Source: a virus (taxonomy: Duplodnaviria > Caudoviricetes). From it: a DNA stretch of 60,032 nucleotides. Numbering within the stretch: position 1 is the first letter of the stretch; each line of letters opens with the position of its first letter. The notes under the pieces were generated by a model. The model ran no database searches, was not told where the DNA came from, and saw nothing but the letters and a program-made list of their open reading frames with translations. The stretch spans positions 1 through 60,032 of IMG/VR virus record IMGVR_UViG_3300024259_000033; one strand, given 5' to 3'. Shown here piece after piece: positions 11,301-21,454 of this stretch. The translations under genes were made by a program, and so were the position numbers.

Positions 11301-14300
11301 TCAAGTTGACTATATTTAGCCATTAGCATATCAATTGATTGTCCAACTAATTCATATCCATTTATAGTCATTCTAAAATCTTCTTCTGTTACTAATCCAG
11401 TATCAGTTAATGTAGTTCTATCACCAATAGTTAAACTTCCTGTTGTATTACGTTCCTGAAGTTCTACACTAGTTTTTAATAGTTCTCTACTTTTTGTTAA
11501 CCCTTCTTCTAGAGTTTTAGTATCTCTTACTGCTAAATCTATTTTATCTAAATAATCATCAAATACTAAAGCTGTAAGATCTTCACCTAATAATTGAGTT
11601 AACTTAGATTGTGCTTCAGTTACAGCAAAAACATCTGTTGGATCTATATTCAAAAAGATATCATTTATAGCATCTTTATTTTTCTCACCTTCTGAACTTC
11701 TTATTAATGTTAGATATCCTTCTAAGTATGCTTTTGCTGCTTTAGCTCCAGCCTCCTGATTCTCTTCAGTAAACGCATCAAGAATATCACCTTGTTTTCC
11801 AACTAGGGTGCTTCTTTCATCTAACGTTAATTCCATAGGCAATTCTAAAATTTCATCAGAACCTAATAGATCACTAATTATTTTTTGCATAGCATCTTGT
11901 TCTTTAAATTTAGCTTCAACTTCTAAATTTAGTTGAATCAATGCAGCATTTAATAATTCATTATTTGTACTATCTATTTGTCCTAATAAACCATCAATAC
12001 TTTCTTTAGTAAGTTGATTATAATTTCCAGCAAGAACTTTATAAAGATCCTGTTCCTCACCTTTAGATATATTGCTTTGCTCTAATATTCCTGTTAAATC
12101 CCTACTTAAATCTACTATATTACCTTCTGCAGCCTTTTGGTTACGTTCAGTTATTCTTTTAGCTTTATTACCATTAATGCGTTTATCCCCAATTTCATCT
12201 TGTAAATTAGTAGATAAAATATTAGTGAATATATCTTCTAGTCCTTTTAAATCTGCAAATTCTTCAACATCTTTATTATTTGAAAAAGCTAGACTAACTG
12301 CGTCTCCCATACTAGTCATTAAAGCATTATCCATTTGTTGCTTTTCAATTCCTAGCTCTTTTTGACGATCACTATATAATTCACTAAGTTCTCTATAAGA
12401 CTTCAATCCTGCATCAGTTAAATTTGTAATTCTTATAATAGCGCCTTCTGAATTTTTTTGTATTAGTTGCTGCTTAGTGTCATCATATGGATTCTCTCTA
12501 ATGTCAGCTGTAGAACCAAGTACTTTTTGAATGTCCTCTGTTCTATTGTCACTTCGACCAGCCGCTTCTATCAATTCTAAGTTATCAACTATTTTTTGCT
12601 CATAATCACCAAAAGTACCAAACTTTATCTCAATTTTATTACTTCCTATATTGTAATCTTGTCTAGTGCTCTTAGCTTCTTTTCCTAAACTATCTATACG
12701 ATCAATATTTGTTACACTTGCTTGTTTTAAAGTTTCTTGTTCTTTTGCTTCATTTAACCTTTCCCATGCATCTGCAGCATGTCCAGCTAATCGTGCATCT
12801 TCATCTAAATATTGAATTAAAGTAGGATACTTAGTAGTTATTTCATCAATTAATGTAACTAGCTCTTCTTTTTTTTCATTACTTCCATCTTGTGCTTTAA
12901 TTAAATTATTATAAGCCATTTCAAGAGAATTAATTTCACCTAGTTCCTTTTTAGATATCTCAAGTTTAGCCTGTGATTCCTGTAATCTTTTTGCTGCTTT
13001 TTCTGCTCTATGCTCAGCTATTTTTATAACAAAAGAAATTGCACCAATTAATGCAGTTGCAACTCCAATCCATATAGAAGCTTTAGATAGCAAGCTAGTA
13101 AATTTTCCAATAAATTTACCAGCGGCATTACCTGCAGCACCAGATAAACCCTTAGCATTTTTTTTACTTTTTAATTGATTCTTTTCAAATTCTGTTTGTA
13201 TTTCAACAGGATTACGTTTAGCATATCTTTTAAACCATCCTATTAATCTTCTAAATTTACTTTTAGCTATAGCATCACTTTTATCTTGGGCTTTAGCTGC
13301 CACTGGTGCTATAGCAGACATTCCACTTTGTACACCTCGTATAATTCCTACAACAAAATTCTTAATCATTGACGAACCAAAGACTAATAATAATGCACTA
13401 ATAGGAAGTGGCATCTGATTCAAGAAACCTAAAATTGCACTTAAAGAATCAATTATAAACTTAAAAGTTTCGGCATTGGCAATCTTTAAATATAATTCTT
13501 GAAATGCGTTAGATAGTTGATTAATCTTACTTTCTAAACTATCTAGTGTTTTATGAAATTGTATTGCAGATGCTCCAGCACTATTTTCAGCTAAACCAAC
13601 TAGTTCCATAGTACGTTCATAATCATTCATTAACGCTAAGAAACGAGATTGCTGTCTAGTACCAGCCGCAGATGTCGCTATGTATCTTTGAGTAATATTA
13701 TCTAATGTACTCCATTTTTTTGATAGTTCTAAGAAAACATCATCTAAATCCTTAAATTGACCAGATGTATTTCTTAATGATACACCAACTGATTTCAATG
13801 CTTTATCAACGGAGTTGACATCTACCATTTCACCATCAACTGGCTCTAATTCGTCAGCACTCTTAGTTAATTGTTGGAAACGAGCTATAATAGTTTTCAT
13901 AGCAGTACCAATATTTTCTGGTGCTTCACGAGTTACCTCAATCATTCCAGCCAAGAACGCAGACGTTGTTGCTATCTCCATACCAGCTGATTTAGCGATT
14001 GAAGCAGTTTTAGTTAATGAATAAGATAATTCTTCTGTACTAACAGCAGCGTTCGCTGATAGATTAGAGAATATATCATTAACCATGTTAGCTTGTTCTA
14101 ATTCTAATTTAAAACCATTAAGAGCGGCTGTCATATAATTTGTTGAAGTAGCGTAATCTAATCCAGCAATTCTAGCCATTTTAATAGTTTCTGTTGTAAG
14201 TTGCATAACTTCATTTGTTTCTTTACCTTGTTGATAGTAAAGTTTTGAAGTAGCATAAGCTCCTTCAACTGTCGAACCTAAACGAGTAGCTAATTTATTA

Positions 14301-15511
14301 TAAGCCCCTATATTATCCCATAAGTCCGCTGCAGTCATATCAGTAACTATTGCTATTTGTGTTATACTTTTATCTAAATCTTTAATATTATTATAAGCTG
14401 TACGTATAGTACGAGAAAGTAATAAATATGCTTGTGAAAATCCAAAAATACGTTTAATTGTATTTGTGGCATTAGCAAACTTAGCTTGTTGTTCATTTAC
14501 TCGTTTAATTTCTTCAGAAGTTTCATTAGCTGCATGACCATACCCTTTTACTCCATTACTAAGTTTTTGTAAATCACCTGTAATTTCCTTAGTATTGTCC
14601 ATGCCTAAATCAACACTTTCTTGTTCTAGTTGTTGAATTCTATTTGTAACATCCATGATCTCTTTTTCAACTTCATTCATGGAATCAGCAGTGCTATCTT
14701 GTGCTAAATTAAAATCTTTTAGTGCTTTAGTAGCGACTGCATACCGTTGAGTTAATTTAGTATATTCTGCTCTATATTCAACGATATCTCTTTTACGATC
14801 ATCAATTTTAGTATCTACTTTCTCTGGATCTTTAAAACGCTTATCTACCTTTACTCCTTGTTTTTGTAAATCAGCAATATTCTTTTCCGTAATTTGTCCA
14901 GTTTCTTTAATTTCATTTTGTATATTTTTAATAGCTGCTTCAGTTTTTGTCATAGAAGCTAATGTAGCCTGGTCATAACCAGAAAGCTCTTGTTTAAATT
15001 GATTTATTTGTCCCTGTAAACCACCTACAATTGCTTTTGCATCTTTCCAAGCTTTTACAGTATTTGCATTTACCCCTATACCAGCAGTATCTCCAACACC
15101 TTTTCTTAACAACCCTTTTTTTTGTTGTTCAAAAATAGCTTTCTTTTTATCACCAAGTTTTGTTAAATCAGTATTTAATTTTTTAATAGTTTTAGCATTT
15201 GGACTATACTCAATAAAATCAGTTTTAGAAATTTTATTCATTTGTTTCTGTATTTTACCAATAGAATTTTCATATTTTTTAAATGCTTTTTCTGCTCTAC
15301 TTACGTCAGCTAAGCTAGACATACCTTGGCTTAGAATTGCACGTAATGCTTGTGCATCTTTCGTTGCATTTTGTAATTCAAGGCTTAATTTACCTTTTGC
15401 TTTATTACCAATCTTTAAATTTTGTAATTTCTTACCTAAGAGGTCAATCGTACTCAACATGCCTTTTGTATCAAAATTACCTTTAAAGTCAATTATATGT
15501 TTGTTTGCCAT
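8309..15511 (-). CDS. Tail tape measure protein (TP901-type core) with C-terminal peptidoglycan-binding domain
   Basis: 2400 aa, helical/coiled-coil. Core motifs DKSITQIAIVT...ENIGTAMKTIIARF...AGTRQQSRFLALM. PG_binding_1-like VTALQKALIALGY..ADGDFGSET..VKRFQ..ADGIVGPNT near the C-terminus. Confidence 0.93.
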   Translation of the reverse strand: MANKHIIDFKGNFDTKGMLSTIDLLGKKLQNLKIGNKAKGKLSLELQNATKDAQALRAILSQGMSSLADVSRAEKAFKKYENSIGKIQKQMNKISKTDFIEYSPNAKTIKKLNTDLTKLGDKKKAIFEQQKKGLLRKGVGDTAGIGVNANTVKAWKDAKAIVGGLQGQINQFKQELSGYDQATLASMTKTEAAIKNIQNEIKETGQITEKNIADLQKQGVKVDKRFKDPEKVDTKIDDRKRDIVEYRAEYTKLTQRYAVATKALKDFNLAQDSTADSMNEVEKEIMDVTNRIQQLEQESVDLGMDNTKEITGDLQKLSNGVKGYGHAANETSEEIKRVNEQQAKFANATNTIKRIFGFSQAYLLLSRTIRTAYNNIKDLDKSITQIAIVTDMTAADLWDNIGAYNKLATRLGSTVEGAYATSKLYYQQGKETNEVMQLTTETIKMARIAGLDYATSTNYMTAALNGFKLELEQANMVNDIFSNLSANAAVSTEELSYSLTKTASIAKSAGMEIATTSAFLAGMIEVTREAPENIGTAMKTIIARFQQLTKSADELEPVDGEMVDVNSVDKALKSVGVSLRNTSGQFKDLDDVFLELSKKWSTLDNITQRYIATSAAGTRQQSRFLALMNDYERTMELVGLAENSAGASAIQFHKTLDSLESKINQLSNAFQELYLKIANAETFKFIIDSLSAILGFLNQMPLPISALLLVFGSSMIKNFVVGIIRGVQSGMSAIAPVAAKAQDKSDAIAKSKFRRLIGWFKRYAKRNPVEIQTEFEKNQLKSKKNAKGLSGAAGNAAGKFIGKFTSLLSKASIWIGVATALIGAISFVIKIAEHRAEKAAKRLQESQAKLEISKKELGEINSLEMAYNNLIKAQDGSNEKKEELVTLIDEITTKYPTLIQYLDEDARLAGHAADAWERLNEAKEQETLKQASVTNIDRIDSLGKEAKSTRQDYNIGSNKIEIKFGTFGDYEQKIVDNLELIEAAGRSDNRTEDIQKVLGSTADIRENPYDDTKQQLIQKNSEGAIIRITNLTDAGLKSYRELSELYSDRQKELGIEKQQMDNALMTSMGDAVSLAFSNNKDVEEFADLKGLEDIFTNILSTNLQDEIGDKRINGNKAKRITERNQKAAEGNIVDLSRDLTGILEQSNISKGEEQDLYKVLAGNYNQLTKESIDGLLGQIDSTNNELLNAALIQLNLEVEAKFKEQDAMQKIISDLLGSDEILELPMELTLDERSTLVGKQGDILDAFTEENQEAGAKAAKAYLEGYLTLIRSSEGEKNKDAINDIFLNIDPTDVFAVTEAQSKLTQLLGEDLTALVFDDYLDKIDLAVRDTKTLEEGLTKSRELLKTSVELQERNTTGSLTIGDRTTLTDTGLVTEEDFRMTINGYELVGQSIDMLMAKYSQLENQKRQYMITEQEETVANLEKEIDILDGATEEDHETFAKSDVGSSLILVLEQAKNELGFMVEEAKVFNDTMNFEIFDPFKVIQSSIDDYSKSLEKVTKLQEISNSKNVLGAKAALEYAQEYPGILKNAKKTADGQIKLDEAVVKSFMNGEEIKSDAAIESAIIELKARRAVLVGQYEAIKAELTNSRLTGNEKAKMATALAEHEVTVANAKTAILKELDEAGIANQDEYLQAYLDKLDNENTNLEISTNNRLDADVLATKTALANAKKVVAGYYSIARSANIAARQIVAMQDGTVISLPAQPRFDGSAIDESWSASGGYVGTPLEGLFGESVTIDDSLFALAIKELGGIGEAIGSINGQMLALQALKELDLSDLTKEGSGSGGSDAAKEYLLELDKWFNYLKRIATLEQEISNLQAKRKNISGGRAYAASLLEENIRLQEQEKLKRELLEAQQEYLKNLKGELNAEYGRYLYFVGDTLQIDYDAIMEATGGNQELGDGIQKAIDEYVELFDSVSELSDALEDLINQQAANLQELTEMQIEAEQQVLSALKDAEQEKIKILEKELAMREESNEKYLSSLESSLEKEQNMRSKQRSQDEQNDLEKRLALLKRDTSGKYAKEVADLEQQLKDKQEELSDTTRQDEIDRIREASSAEQDAIQDQIDQLEELRGLKEDNMELYWNEVYNLMTQTDEMILDFIKTNSQEYLELSAKQQEEYLKNLRKTIEAAKALMDGTAFDDAEKNAKDKNDPRDESNDPSIIVDPPATGGRPSGEGQVSSLSGLIKSGQKGASVTALQKALIALGYDLPRYGADGDFGSETLGSVKRFQRDNNVSADGIVGPNTKEKFKIYGYKEGGLVDKTGFAMLHGTKDKPETVLNSRETSIFQKFVEWLRSFGTKGIEDIKTDLSPQNAIGYDSTNIDYLNGQALDKQGQLFEQLANATKYLANAKNIGGTTLDIDIIFENANIANDYDVENITDKLKETLLEVAESTGNRVVTRSL

Positions 15512-15520
15512 TTATTCCTC

Positions 15521-17032
15521 CTATGTTAGTAATTTACTAAATTCCGTAACATTCATTTTTAATCTCATTGATAAACTTATTTTTTGTTCATAAGCTTTAA
15601 AAGCTGATGCACCAAATTTATAAATATTATTGGAATATAAATCAGTTTGTCCACCAATTTTTTGTTGCTTCTGGGCTGGTGTTAAAGTTCTATCATATGC
15701 ACGCATTTTTAAAGTTGCAAGATTCGTAACTGGTCCAGCATCAGGGTCTTCACTCATGAACGCTTTCCCTAAAATATTTTGTGAATTATGAAAACTACCA
15801 CGAATACCACCAGTATTTGTAACACCCGTTTTAATTTGTTTATTAACTACTTTTTTTATATGTTCTAATATCCTATATATAGGTACAATTTCTTTGCCTA
15901 ATACAAAGAAATATCCTGCCATTGCTGTTTTACTTGACTTCTGACCAAGGAACTCAGATTTAATAAGTTGAAAACGATTACTCATTGGAATTGAACTATC
16001 AAAGATATTTGCAGTTCCTTGCATAATCCACAATCCCGCAGTATAGTTTAAAATTTTCATAATATCTTCATAAGTTTTAAATTTATCTCTTGTTAAGTTT
16101 GCTTTCTCAAAAACATTACTTTTAAAATCAAAAGAGCCAAATTGTTCGAAATGCAAAATATTATATAAATCAAATAATAATTTATTAATACTGTCATCTT
16201 CTACTATTCTACTATTAGTATCATCCATAATAGTAGATAAAAATTTTCTGATACTACCTTTGCCAGGACTATTAACACGTAAATTAATACCACTACTGTC
16301 GCCAGAAACATTTACGTTTTTAACACTTATTGTAATTGGTATTGTAATACTACCAAGAGCAACATCTGTTTTTACATGTTTAGAATAAACTACTTCTTTA
16401 CTCTTTTTATTTTTTCTTGTGATATCATATTTACCTATTACCTTATTTTTAATTAAACCTTTACCCATATTTATAAAATTACCGACCATAGCTGTTGTAA
16501 TTTCACCGATAATTCCTTGGTAATTTGCATAGGATGGAGTTTTATTATTTTTGCCAAATAACATATTGCCTAATAATTTTCCTTCCTTTCCATTTATATG
16601 CGCAAAACTTGTTTGTATAGCTTCTTGCAAAACTAATTGATCTCTATCTGATATTTTATTAACACCTGTATTTATTTTTTTTATTATTTCTTGTATATTT
16701 ACTTTAGCTTTGGTTTTTGTTTCACCACTAATCGCTGTAAAATTTTTACCTGAACCACTAGCACCATAAGCACTTAATAATTCTTTTTTAACATAACTAC
16801 CAATTATTTCTCCATAATCTCTATATTTATTATTAAATTCTTTGCAGAAAATTATTGGAGAACTATATCCTATTGCTTTTGCAGATTCAAAAGCTAGGTT
16901 TCTAGCACGAGCAATACTAGTATCTAACATAGTTATTAGTCCGCTATTTTTAATATCCGCTGATTTCATAGTGCTTTCTGAAGTTCTATAATTCTCTACA
17001 TTACTATGTAAATACATATTCGCTTTACTCAT
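15521..17032 (-). CDS. Basic 503-aa hypothetical protein, possible PD-(D/E)xK-like fold
   Basis: Intact ORF with RBS between the tail-tube-like gene and TMP. Motif GIIGEI...KTDV...ISVKN. Confidence 0.55.
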   Translation of the reverse strand: MSKANMYLHSNVENYRTSESTMKSADIKNSGLITMLDTSIARARNLAFESAKAIGYSSPIIFCKEFNNKYRDYGEIIGSYVKKELLSAYGASGSGKNFTAISGETKTKAKVNIQEIIKKINTGVNKISDRDQLVLQEAIQTSFAHINGKEGKLLGNMLFGKNNKTPSYANYQGIIGEITTAMVGNFINMGKGLIKNKVIGKYDITRKNKKSKEVVYSKHVKTDVALGSITIPITISVKNVNVSGDSSGINLRVNSPGKGSIRKFLSTIMDDTNSRIVEDDSINKLLFDLYNILHFEQFGSFDFKSNVFEKANLTRDKFKTYEDIMKILNYTAGLWIMQGTANIFDSSIPMSNRFQLIKSEFLGQKSSKTAMAGYFFVLGKEIVPIYRILEHIKKVVNKQIKTGVTNTGGIRGSFHNSQNILGKAFMSEDPDAGPVTNLATLKMRAYDRTLTPAQKQQKIGGQTDLYSNNIYKFGASAFKAYEQKISLSMRLKMNVTEFSKLLT

Positions 17033-17045
17033 CTTTTCCTCCTAT

Positions 17046-17080
17046 AAAAAAAAAGGTTGACTTATAACAAGTCAACCTTT
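17046..17080 (-). terminator. Intrinsic terminator
   Basis: AAAGGTTGACTT-loop-AAGTCAACCTTT stem followed by a T-run on the minus strand. Confidence 0.75.
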
Positions 17081-17083
17081 ATA

Positions 17084-17890
17084 TTAAGAATCGTTATCTA
17101 TATCTTCTGGCAATTGCATCATTTCCATGGTAGCAGAAGAACTATTTGGTGTACGCCCAGGCATAGCAATCACATTAAATACATGTATTATTGGTGTCGC
17201 TTTACTACCTAATTGTAAATTCAAATTACTTATAATTTTAACTTTTGGCATAACAATAATTCCCGTTTCATTTACTCCTCTATCAGGAGTAATATAATAT
17301 CTACCTTCAAATGACAAATATTCAGAGATTCTATTTTCATCTATAACAACTACATTAAGGTCTCCCTCGTATTCGTAGGTATAATGAACTAGTACTTCTT
17401 TATTTGCATTGGCGAGACCACAATCAATTTCAGTACTTGAGAAAGTACCTGTAATTTTAGATATCCCACTACTTATATCATATACAAAATGAGGCTCTGT
17501 TATAATACAAGTTTTGTCTAAAGTTCCTACTCCACTCGCATCTAAAATTATTTCCTCTCTTTTGCTTAAATAAGCACTTTCATTAGTTGGGCTTTCTAAT
17601 AATTTAGCATTTGTTAAAAATACTAATCCCATTTCACTAATTAAACCATTATTAAATTGCATTTGCATAGGATCATGTTCTTCCCACATTATACGTGCCT
17701 TATTACCTTTTCCACCGCTCGCAGTTGCAATTTTTGTTGGTTCACTAATATTACTTAATTGTATATCATCAAATGACAATATTGTTTCACCAGGCTCATA
17801 AACATATTCACCTACCCTCATACTTACTGTAGCTTTAAACACAGCACTGTATAACTCTTTCATCCCGAAAAAATCACTTGAAATTTCCAT
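17084..17890 (-). CDS. Tail-tube-like structural protein (paralogue of the adjacent major tail protein)
   Basis: Shares FGMKEL...ASGGKGNKARIMWE...IVMPKVKIISNLNL with YGIKEV...AKGGKGAPPLIIWD...VIPRAKISSESTL of 17960-18757. Confidence 0.7.
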   Translation of the reverse strand: MEISSDFFGMKELYSAVFKATVSMRVGEYVYEPGETILSFDDIQLSNISEPTKIATASGGKGNKARIMWEEHDPMQMQFNNGLISEMGLVFLTNAKLLESPTNESAYLSKREEIILDASGVGTLDKTCIITEPHFVYDISSGISKITGTFSSTEIDCGLANANKEVLVHYTYEYEGDLNVVVIDENRISEYLSFEGRYYITPDRGVNETGIIVMPKVKIISNLNLQLGSKATPIIHVFNVIAMPGRTPNSSSATMEMMQLPEDIDNDS

Positions 17891-17906
17891 TCCTTTTCCT
17901 CCAATT

Positions 17907-17936
17907 AAAAAAAGGGTTGCCCGAAAGCAACCCCTT
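17907..17936 (-). terminator. Intrinsic terminator after major tail protein
   Basis: Minus strand GGGTTGC-TTTCGG-GCAACCC-TTTTTTT. Confidence 0.85.
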
Positions 17937-17959
17937 ATTTATCATTCAATTCTTTTCAA

Positions 17960-18757
17960 TTAAACAACGTCATGTTTAATTAACATCATCATGTTATTAT
18001 TCGCATCACGTAATACACGTAAAGTCATATCAAATACAGATGCGTCACCTTCAGACTCCATTGTAAGAGTACTTTCAGAACTTATTTTTGCTCTTGGAAT
18101 AACAAGTTGGAATTTTTCATCCGTACCAAGAGTATTTCTTATCAATGTATCACCGATAACTTTGTAAGTTCCTGGGAAATGAGCTGCATCAATAGTAATA
18201 GTATATGAGTCAGTTCCTTCAGTACCTTCAGTAACAACATCCCAGAAGAATATCATTAGGTCATCTGGAGCACCATCTGTTCCCATAGTAAGAACTTGAG
18301 TAGACATAGCTGCCGTCATTGATCCACGAACACCAGTTGTTAAATTATGGAATTTAATTGTTGAGCCATCAAGTGGTGGATTTGTAGCTACGAAAGTACA
18401 TGTATCTCCTGCTGCCACAGTGATCTTTTCAACCATGCGAACTACACCGTCTGTATCACCAGCTTCTACTGCTGCTGCACCATATAGAACTCCTAATGAA
18501 GCAGGTGTCATTAAAGCATCTTGTAGAGTTAGAGTAATTTCTTTACCATAATCCCAAATGATTAGTGGTGGAGCGCCTTTTCCACCCTTGGCTTCTGTTT
18601 GCTCACTTGTAGTTTCAATTGTAGATACTTTCAAAGAATCTAAATATAATACTACATCGTTGATAGACACGCCAAGACGTGTGTCTGCTGCTAATGCAAT
18701 AAATTGTACATCAGCTACTTCTTTAATCCCATATTGTGTTAAAATATTTTGAGACAT
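17960..18757 (-). CDS. Major tail (tube) protein
   Basis: Position after the neck genes, 265 aa, strong RBS, followed by its own terminator (high expression). GGKG motif. Confidence 0.8.
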   Translation of the reverse strand: MSQNILTQYGIKEVADVQFIALAADTRLGVSINDVVLYLDSLKVSTIETTSEQTEAKGGKGAPPLIIWDYGKEITLTLQDALMTPASLGVLYGAAAVEAGDTDGVVRMVEKITVAAGDTCTFVATNPPLDGSTIKFHNLTTGVRGSMTAAMSTQVLTMGTDGAPDDLMIFFWDVVTEGTEGTDSYTITIDAAHFPGTYKVIGDTLIRNTLGTDEKFQLVIPRAKISSESTLTMESEGDASVFDMTLRVLRDANNNMMMLIKHDVV

Positions 18758-18777
18758 TAAACTTTTTCCTCCTATTT

Positions 18778-19524
18778 TTAATCTTTTATTGGGATATTAT
18801 TAACCCAATGTCTTATTTTATCTTCACTGATTTTTGCACCAGCCAAAATTGCTTGAATAGCAGATTGATAATTTTCTTTCATCTGCATACGTTGTAATTG
18901 GTCATAAAAAGCATAATAAGGGGTCTCCCAAATATTGTTAATATTCATACCAATTCCACCTACTGCAACACTACCAATTAAATCAGCAAAATCCATCGTA
19001 GTGTTGTTTTTCTTTTTTTTAAGTTTTTTTAAAATTCTCTCTCGTTCTTTAAACTTTTCTGCTAGGTCTCTAGCGCCTGCACTTCCAGGATTTAACTTAC
19101 GTACTTTATCATCTAAACAATTCTGTGTCGCAACAATAATTTGAAAATTATTAAAATTATCTTTTGTAATTACTCTCTTTTCAGAGGGTTTACCAATTAT
19201 TATACTTCCTAAATCAGTTACTATTCGAATTTTTTCATTAATTACTAAGTATAATGCTTTTGTAAATTCATTGAGGAAGACAATGTTATTTTTGCAATAG
19301 AACATAATATAGTCAAATATATGATCAAAGTGTTCTTCCTTATCTTCATTTAAATCCTCTATTGAAAGCAGTAATAAATGTATACTCTGAAAAACTGTTT
19401 GATATGATTTTATTGCTATATCATTTAAAGTCATTGGGTGAATAAGACAAATATCTTCAAATTCAATGGGTAACCCTCGTAATAACTTTAATCTACTTAT
19501 ATCAATTTTGCTCGATTGATCCAT
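18778..19524 (-). CDS. Conserved virion-morphogenesis protein (possible tail assembly chaperone)
   Basis: Synteny. The C-terminal MNINNIWETPYYAFYDQL motif resembles tail chaperone-like proteins. Confidence 0.45.
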   Translation of the reverse strand: MDQSSKIDISRLKLLRGLPIEFEDICLIHPMTLNDIAIKSYQTVFQSIHLLLLSIEDLNEDKEEHFDHIFDYIMFYCKNNIVFLNEFTKALYLVINEKIRIVTDLGSIIIGKPSEKRVITKDNFNNFQIIVATQNCLDDKVRKLNPGSAGARDLAEKFKERERILKKLKKKKNNTTMDFADLIGSVAVGGIGMNINNIWETPYYAFYDQLQRMQMKENYQSAIQAILAGAKISEDKIRHWVNNIPIKD

Positions 19525-19978
19525 ATACCATACTGAATCCAGCTAATTCATCATAAGGGACAACTAACTCTGCGCCTTGTGAAGTAACTGTTCCTATACC
19601 ATTTAGTTTGTACCCTTCAAACATTTGGTCTATTTCTTTCATAATAAGATAAGGTCTTTGTGCATTAGCGTCTATTCCCCAAGTTCCCTTAGGACAATAT
19701 ACATCAAATGCTATTAGATTTAAAAGATAATTTGTATTATCATCTAATCTATTAAACTGAGGGAGTCTAACAACTACCTTAGATTCTTGATCTTTACTAT
19801 CATCAACAAAAGGCTCTAATATAATATTAGTGCCTAATACTTGTTCTATTTTATATGTATTTCCATTTTGTAATACTTCTCTACTAGTATCTTTTAATAA
19901 TCTAATTAGAGTTTGATTTGTTAATAATCTATTGCTGATACGAACCATTGATATACCAGCAGCTTCATATTTATTCAT
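19502..19978 (-). CDS. Putative tail terminator/neck protein
   Basis: 158 aa, between the head-closure and tail-tube genes. Confidence 0.5.
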   Translation of the reverse strand: MNKYEAAGISMVRISNRLLTNQTLIRLLKDTSREVLQNGNTYKIEQVLGTNIILEPFVDDSKDQESKVVVRLPQFNRLDDNTNYLLNLIAFDVYCPKGTWGIDANAQRPYLIMKEIDQMFEGYKLNGIGTVTSQGAELVVPYDELAGFSMVYGSIEQN

Positions 19979-19986
19979 TCAACCAC

Positions 19987-21204
19987 CTACCATAATGATT
20001 CTATATTTATTACTTTTGTTGCAACTTCTTCTTCGTCAACTAAAGCACGCAAGGTCACTTCACCAGTGCCATATTCTTCAGCAGTTAAAGTGTAAGTGCT
20101 ACCAACTAACGTTAGTGCGACTAAAGCTGTTGTATCTAATGTTATAGAATAAGTAACGCTTTCAATTACGCCATTATTCTTTTTAACTAAAGTATATGTA
20201 TCTGATAAACTATTACGTAAATAAGCATCACCTACTATAGTATAAGTTAATCCGTCATCAATGACAACTTCTGCGGCAAAAGCTTCAATAGTAAATGTAG
20301 CAGTTACTAGATTATTATCATCTAATGTAACAGTACCTACTGTAGTTCCAACTGCATTTAAAGTTATAGTATCGTTAGATACACTGGCGATTGATACATC
20401 TGCTATACTTATAGTATAAGCACTATCTATTAATTTACCATTTCTGTAAATATTCACATTCACATCTACTGTATCTGATACATTACCTATAATAGCAGAA
20501 CCATTTTCTACTTCAATAGTAATAGTATTTAGTTTATGATTATCTGCAATATCTGTAGATGAGCTATCAATATTTGGATCTAACTCTGTTAACTCAGCAG
20601 TAACATATAACAAACCACTGGTAGTTATACGATCTACATGTTGTATTTCATAAACCTCATCTTCTATCATAAGTCGATTTTTATTCTTAATATTACATGA
20701 TGTCATTAAAAAGCGTACTAATGCTGTATTGTTGTCAAAATATGTGCCATTATTGGTTGCAGAATTGAGTCTTGTAGAACTATTACGTGCACCTAAGACA
20801 TACATATCAGTACTATTTAATACACCTTGATTATCAATGTATTGTACAGAATGATTTACTTTTAGAATTATAAATATTTGATAAGCATCCTTTGTTTGTG
20901 TTACTTTATCAAATACTATCCATTTATCATCTAACCATGTAATTATACTACCAACTGATAGTGTAATATTATTAGAAATCATTAATTTTTGTGTTACTTT
21001 ATTTTCATCTTCTTTATTCTTATGGATAACGCATGGATATCCTTTATTACTTAAATAAATAATCTCCTTATTAGGAGATTGACTTACAAATTTTTCAAAT
21101 TGATTAGCGACTTGAGTTTCAATTCGCTCTTGTGGATTTTTCCCATAGTGATTTACTTTTCTCTTATATTCTCCGAAAAAATAATTATCAGCCATCGAGA
21201 TCAC
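19987..21204 (-). CDS. Head-closure/neck protein with C-terminal Ig-like domains
   Basis: N-terminal LSVGSIITWLDDKWIV beta-barrel-type segment. C-terminal Big_2-like SIADVSIASVSNDTITLNAVGTTVGTVT. Confidence 0.6.
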   Translation of the reverse strand: MISMADNYFFGEYKRKVNHYGKNPQERIETQVANQFEKFVSQSPNKEIIYLSNKGYPCVIHKNKEDENKVTQKLMISNNITLSVGSIITWLDDKWIVFDKVTQTKDAYQIFIILKVNHSVQYIDNQGVLNSTDMYVLGARNSSTRLNSATNNGTYFDNNTALVRFLMTSCNIKNKNRLMIEDEVYEIQHVDRITTSGLLYVTAELTELDPNIDSSSTDIADNHKLNTITIEVENGSAIIGNVSDTVDVNVNIYRNGKLIDSAYTISIADVSIASVSNDTITLNAVGTTVGTVTLDDNNLVTATFTIEAFAAEVVIDDGLTYTIVGDAYLRNSLSDTYTLVKKNNGVIESVTYSITLDTTALVALTLVGSTYTLTAEEYGTGEVTLRALVDEEEVATKVINIESLW

Positions 21205-21454
21205 CTACCAAATTAAGACATTCGAAAATTACTTTTCTAAAATATGGGTAAGATAAGAATTTTAATGCACTTAGCTTTCCATATAAAGCCCAATACTTTT
21301 TCTCATCAAAATTACCTTCTAGAGCTAATAGTTCGATAGAAATTGTATCTAAAAATTTTTCCCACTGTCCTTTATTTTCATATTCACATAATAAACCATA
21401 AATTCGACCTTTTAATTTATCTTTATATATACTAACTCCAATTACTGGAATCAT
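21188..21454 (-). CDS. Hypothetical protein (head morphogenesis cluster)
   Basis: Overlapping start/stop coupling with its neighbours. Confidence 0.6.
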   Translation of the reverse strand: MIPVIGVSIYKDKLKGRIYGLLCEYENKGQWEKFLDTISIELLALEGNFDEKKYWALYGKLSALKFLSYPYFRKVIFECLNLVGDLDG

